A stretch of 41,239 nt of DNA from the IMG/VR virus record IMGVR_UViG_3300007513_000081, positions 1-41,239 of that record; one strand, written 5' to 3'. The number at the start of each line of letters is the position of its first letter. Positions within the stretch are counted from its first letter, which is position 1. The notes beneath the pieces were generated by a model. The model was not told the origin of the DNA. It did not search any database and saw nothing but the letters and a program-made list of their open reading frames with translations. The DNA is from a virus. Taxonomy: Duplodnaviria; Caudoviricetes. The position numbers and the translations under genes were made by a program. Below are positions 37,664 to 41,239 of this stretch, one piece after another.

Positions 37664-38413
37664 TTATCGTTGTTTTTGTAAAGCTTTTAATTGTGCTTTA
37701 ACTGAATCGATTTTTGCTAGTCTAGCTTTCTCTGCTGCCTTAGCTACTTCGGGTTCTTCATATTCTTCTTCCCCCGTCATCTCTTGAACTTCTTCGCCAC
37801 CACCTTGTTGTGGTACAAGCTGATCTACGTTCTTCAGCATTTTACGAAGAACAAGAGTAAGTTCTTTTTCACCAACCTTTGTAGCAGATGCCATAATCTT
37901 TTTAACTTGTGTTACGAGGATGTCTTGTAGTTTCATTACACTAGATGTTCTACCAGCAACCCTATCAGATCTTTTATCAGAAGTGGAAGTTGCTTTCTCT
38001 ATATCCCGGCCTAGCTGTCCCTGATCTCCAAAGTCTTGTTCGGTGACTTCACCAACAGATCCTTCAGAGAATCCCGTCGGAAAACTAAACTTTACATGTT
38101 CAAAACTCTTCTCTTCAACATATTCCCCAAGAGACTCAAGATGCTGTAAAATTGTGAGTGCTCTGTTATCTTCATCTGAAACCTGCATAAGCGCAATCAC
38201 TTTATCAAACCATACTTTTCCTTCTTCGTAGAGAGCATCGGCAGCTGGATCTGGCAGTTCTTCTTCACCTTTGGGATTTAAAGAATTGCCTTCTTCATCA
38301 TATCCCCATTCTTCGTCTTCGTAGACTTTCTTTTTCTTATCTTTCGACCAGCTCTCAAAAGTCTTTCTCATGAGTTTCTCTGCTCGGTCGTTCCATAGTT
38401 TGTGTCGTTCCAT
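37664..38413 (-). CDS. Acidic hypothetical protein, RAEKLM-leader family
   Basis: MERHKLWNDRAEKLM; GAGG RBS. Confidence 0.7.
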   Translation of the reverse strand: MERHKLWNDRAEKLMRKTFESWSKDKKKKVYEDEEWGYDEEGNSLNPKGEEELPDPAADALYEEGKVWFDKVIALMQVSDEDNRALTILQHLESLGEYVEEKSFEHVKFSFPTGFSEGSVGEVTEQDFGDQGQLGRDIEKATSTSDKRSDRVAGRTSSVMKLQDILVTQVKKIMASATKVGEKELTLVLRKMLKNVDQLVPQQGGGEEVQEMTGEEEYEEPEVAKAAEKARLAKIDSVKAQLKALQKQR

Positions 38414-38425
38414 GCTAAGTTCCTC

Positions 38426-39151
38426 TTACTTCTTTTTCTTAGAGTTTATTTTCAACTTGATCGTCTTTCTGCCTTCATCGTTTTTAATCGATTCGCGTAT
38501 TGCCAGTTTAGATGCTAACTTGTCCAACCCAGTTGGTTCTTCTTCCGGAACTAGTTCTTCTAACTGTGCAATCTTTTCCTTAAAGATGTCAATCAACTTC
38601 TCTTTAACTGATCTATTTCCCAACCTTTCCTCTTCAGCTGCCTTTGCAGTTGCTCTCTCTATTGCCGCAATCTCGCCTTCAAGTCCTCTAGGATTACCGT
38701 GACGGTTGAGTTTGGCACCCGCAAGATTAGCGCGTGCTTGAGTTTCAGTATCAGACATTTCTTCATTTACCGCATCAGATGCCATCTCGGTATTGGCACC
38801 GATCCACTCTTCAACTGCTGCTAACATTATATTCTTAGTTTGTAAATCCATATCGGGGGACAAGTCACCGGTTGTGATTTGAGGATTTAGTTTGGCAATG
38901 GTGGCCCAAAAGGCATTTAGACCTTCTTCGGTTGCTTCCAGCGGATTTGGTTGATGTCCCATATGTTGCAGCCCGCCTTCATCCACTTCTTTTTCTTTTG
39001 CTTTTTCTTTTTTCAAAAAATCTGTTTCTCTTGTTTTAGCATCTTTATCTAAATCACCCATTGTCCTCCCACCACGCATACTATGTGGACGACCTGCTTC
39101 ATTCTTTGCAAACTTCCTAAAGTCTTCAAATAGTTTTTTAGTTTTAGTCAT
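38426..39151 (-). CDS. Hypothetical protein with KKLFEDFRKFAKNE leader
   Basis: Leader nearly identical to that of the 33639 gene. Confidence 0.7.
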   Translation of the reverse strand: MTKTKKLFEDFRKFAKNEAGRPHSMRGGRTMGDLDKDAKTRETDFLKKEKAKEKEVDEGGLQHMGHQPNPLEATEEGLNAFWATIAKLNPQITTGDLSPDMDLQTKNIMLAAVEEWIGANTEMASDAVNEEMSDTETQARANLAGAKLNRHGNPRGLEGEIAAIERATAKAAEEERLGNRSVKEKLIDIFKEKIAQLEELVPEEEPTGLDKLASKLAIRESIKNDEGRKTIKLKINSKKKK

Positions 39152-39219
39152 TTTACTTATCCTCTGAAGAATCTTCGGTTTCTTCTACTATTTCACCTTC
39201 ATCGTTTTTAATCGATTCG
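38472..39219. repeat. 24-bp exact direct repeat shared by 3' ends of two adjacent genes (ESIKNDEG)
   Basis: CCTTCATCGTTTTTAATCGATTCG at 38472-38495 and 39196-39219. Confidence 0.85.
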
Positions 39220-39596
39220 AGTTTTGCTTTAAGACTGCTGATCTCTTCTTGAGTTGCTGCAATTTTGGATTTCTTAATCTCTTCCATCTTGGCATTTCTC
39301 GCTTCCAGCATTTCCATCGCAAAGTCTTTAATCTCGTCTTCGATAATGGCCATGATGCTTTCGGTGAAGTTCTCACCCAAAATAGGCATCAGTGCTTGCT
39401 CAACTTCATCGTAGATTTGTTGAGCATCTTTGATATCCATATCAAAGTCTCTCTCCTCATCTTCAAATCCTTCTTCTTCCGTCTTAACGACTTCCGTTTC
39501 CTTGACTGCGAGGTTGATTTCACCAAACCCTTGTTTTTCGAAAAGTTTACTCATCAACTCTTCTGCTCTGCTGTTCCATATTTTATGTCTTTTCAT
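39153..39596 (-). CDS. Acidic hypothetical protein, RAExLM-leader family
   Basis: MKRHKIWNSRAEELMSKLFE; AGGAG RBS. Confidence 0.7.
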   Translation of the reverse strand: MKRHKIWNSRAEELMSKLFEKQGFGEINLAVKETEVVKTEEEGFEDEERDFDMDIKDAQQIYDEVEQALMPILGENFTESIMAIIEDEIKDFAMEMLEARNAKMEEIKKSKIAATQEEISSLKAKLESIKNDEGEIVEETEDSSEDK

Positions 39597-39611
39597 TTTT
39601 TAATCTCCTGA

Positions 39612-39869
39612 TTATCGAACGTAGGGTCCGAGTATTTTTTCTTTAATTTGTTCAAGTCTGTCTTCTAAGTCGAAACCTTCGAGACTGTCGATTTCAGCAA
39701 GAAGATCACTTATTGCTTCATAAGCATTGCCAATGACTCTCTCTAACGACTGCTTGTGTTTCCAATCTTCCCTATCGAAGAACGCACCTGCTTCCGATAC
39801 ATTGACACCTTGGTCTTCTAGCAGTCTCTTCATTAGTTTTTCTGCTCTATCACTTTTTCTTTGATTCAT
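39612..39869 (-). CDS. Small acidic protein, RAEKLM-leader family
   Basis: MNQRKSDRAEKLMKRLLE. Confidence 0.7.
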   Translation of the reverse strand: MNQRKSDRAEKLMKRLLEDQGVNVSEAGAFFDREDWKHKQSLERVIGNAYEAISDLLAEIDSLEGFDLEDRLEQIKEKILGPYVR

Positions 39870-40299
39870 TTCTTTTGCTCCCGTATTTTACTCCATCTTC
39901 CCAATCACGGAAGCAAAGATTACCTACTTCGTAAGCTTCTCGTTCCATTTCTCGAAGATATTCGTTTTTCTGTGCATACCCCACTTCTCTAATCTTTGCC
40001 TCTTTGAAGTCTCCACGACAGTTCTGCGTATGATGCACAAGTTCGTGAGAAAATGATCTCATAATGTCTTTGGGGTGTCGGCCAGTTACATAAAGAACAA
40101 TCTTGTTTTTATGCGGAATATATTCTGCTGTTTTCCCTAGAACTTTTTCTGCATTATTTTCATCGTGCCGAAGCACGACCCTCACAGATTTATCGAATCC
40201 CATATTTTTGCGCGCATATGGATAAAACTCTTTTATCATATCTTCTAGTTTTTTCATATCGACTCCTGATAAATTTAATATTTCCATTTTAATCGTCAT
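39850..40299 (-). CDS. Zincin-like HExxH metallopeptidase domain protein (start may be 40287)
   Basis: LGKTAEY, RHPKDIMRSFSHELVHHTQ, EREAY third ligand. Confidence 0.8.
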   Translation of the reverse strand: MTIKMEILNLSGVDMKKLEDMIKEFYPYARKNMGFDKSVRVVLRHDENNAEKVLGKTAEYIPHKNKIVLYVTGRHPKDIMRSFSHELVHHTQNCRGDFKEAKIREVGYAQKNEYLREMEREAYEVGNLCFRDWEDGVKYGSKRNESKKK

Positions 40300-40302
40300 C
40301 AG

Positions 40303-40310
40303 TAAATAGT
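40303..40310 (-). promoter_or_regulatory. Candidate late-promoter motif ACTATTTA
   Basis: Fills most of the 13-nt intergenic gap ahead of the peptidase and acidic-protein genes. Confidence 0.55.
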
Positions 40311-40312
40311 TC

Positions 40313-40648
40313 CTACATAAGCACTTGCACCAAAATAATCACTACAGAGAGCAGAATGCAAATTAATGTCTTTGCAGTGATTGCTTCCCCAAGGAATAAA
40401 TAGGTCATAAAAGTAAATACAATCGTTCCAATCGAGAACCCCATAATTCTTACTGGCCACAATTCATTTCCGAAAGCACCATAACCAATCCTTGTCGCAT
40501 TAATAAACATAAACGACAAGGGAATACCAAAAAGGCAAACAAAAAAAACATTATTTCGAAATGAACTCCACATTAGTTGCCCGTTGCTTTGAATCCAAAT
40601 TAGAATATGCCCCATAAGTAACAGGGAAACAAATTGTAGAAGCTTCAT
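40313..40648 (-). CDS. Four-TM membrane protein, DMT/SMR-like
   Basis: 111 aa, four hydrophobic segments, FLGEAITAKTLIC resembles the DMT C-terminal motif. Confidence 0.65.
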   Translation of the reverse strand: MKLLQFVSLLLMGHILIWIQSNGQLMWSSFRNNVFFVCLFGIPLSFMFINATRIGYGAFGNELWPVRIMGFSIGTIVFTFMTYLFLGEAITAKTLICILLSVVIILVQVLM

Positions 40649-41239
40649 TTATAATCCTTTGATTATATTATTATACACTACTTCTGTAACATTTGCAAGC
40701 TCTTCTTTTTTTCTTTCGTAACCCTGAACAGATACTAGGTCTTTGGGATGAACGAGTAACTCCCACTCTTGATAACCTGATTCCCAAATATGAGGAATGG
40801 AAACGAGAACATCTTGGAGGTTTATGTAATATGCATCAACATCGGTATCGTCTTTGTGGTATGCTTTCTTTCCCGTACAAAACTTGTATGCGTATTTCTC
40901 ACTCCACGTCACGGAAGTGACAGGTTGCCCTTCGGTGACTCCACATCTCCAAACTTTTATTACAGCGCCCGAACCGTCAGGACTCTTCTGTGCGATGCCG
41001 TCTTTTACAAGAAGTTTTCTTGAGAGTATTCCAAGTTCTTCTCTTGACTTGTGAATCTCTTTCATAGAGATTCCCCTCTCATGCTCCCGACGTTTTGCCT
41101 TTTCCTTTTCAGTCCAAGTTTCTTCGTCTTCCCAATCATCCTCTCCCCACTCTCTCCATTCGGGTTCGGGCAGGAGGTAGAACATCGCATCTTGAGGGTC
41201 TGTCTCATCCCACAACCCTGAGATGGTTTCCGTATCGCA
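40649..41239 (-). CDS. Putative ADP-ribosyltransferase (R-S-E clade) domain, 3' part of a gene starting outside the window
   Basis: Frame is open to the window edge (CDTETISG-LWDE...). Motifs IKVWRCG, TSVTWSEKYAYKF, YQEWELLV. Confidence 0.6.
   Translation of the reverse strand, partial: CDTETISGLWDETDPQDAMFYLLPEPEWREWGEDDWEDEETWTEKEKAKRREHERGISMKEIHKSREELGILSRKLLVKDGIAQKSPDGSGAVIKVWRCGVTEGQPVTSVTWSEKYAYKFCTGKKAYHKDDTDVDAYYINLQDVLVSIPHIWESGYQEWELLVHPKDLVSVQGYERKKEELANVTEVVYNNIIKGL

Noticed and set aside
172-41054. Numerous plus-strand ORFs of 60-205 aa in the track
   Set aside because: They are antisense shadows of long minus-strand genes, with no RBS or recognisable motifs. Only 28887-29618 and 29615-30208 are credible.
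1-41239. Stop-codon reassignment, tRNA genes, introns or inteins
   Set aside because: TAA, TAG and TGA all end genes at sensible junctions and coding density is high under code 11. No cloverleaf, splice or intein motifs were recognised by eye; tRNAscan/Infernal would be needed to exclude them.

Overview
41 kb fragment of a large tailed (myovirus/jumbo-like) bacteriophage, standard genetic code, almost entirely minus-strand and densely packed with overlapping stop/start codons. In window order it holds four blocks. (1) 1-17.5 kb: T4-like baseplate/tail module (tail fibre start, LamG proteins, gp6/baseplate-J, gp25, a 2425-aa protein, a spike protein, and a gp5-like protein carrying an M15 peptidase). 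(2) 17.5-26.5 kb: gp55/sigma-like factor, FmdB zinc ribbon, a frameshifted SAM methyltransferase, five (putative) glycosyltransferases and a Cas4-like PD-(D/E)XK nuclease. (3) 26.5-31.5 kb: PIN-PhoH, a plus-strand lipoprotein serine protease and J-domain pair, and a stand-alone outer-membrane beta-barrel gene with its own sigma70 promoter and terminator. (4) 31.5-41.2 kb: unrelated enzymes (two ParB-N, 2H phosphoesterase, ligase-like + HxGH nucleotidyltransferase fusion, HExxH peptidase, R-S-E ADP-ribosyltransferase) interleaved with acidic proteins, many sharing short N-terminal leaders ending in Glu. The best candidate for an undescribed system is block 4, read as a capsid-targeted, protease-processed cargo of nucleotide-acting effectors. 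A recurrent WCTAYTTA motif is a candidate promoter for the phage sigma factor. All family assignments come from motifs recognised by eye; no searches were run.
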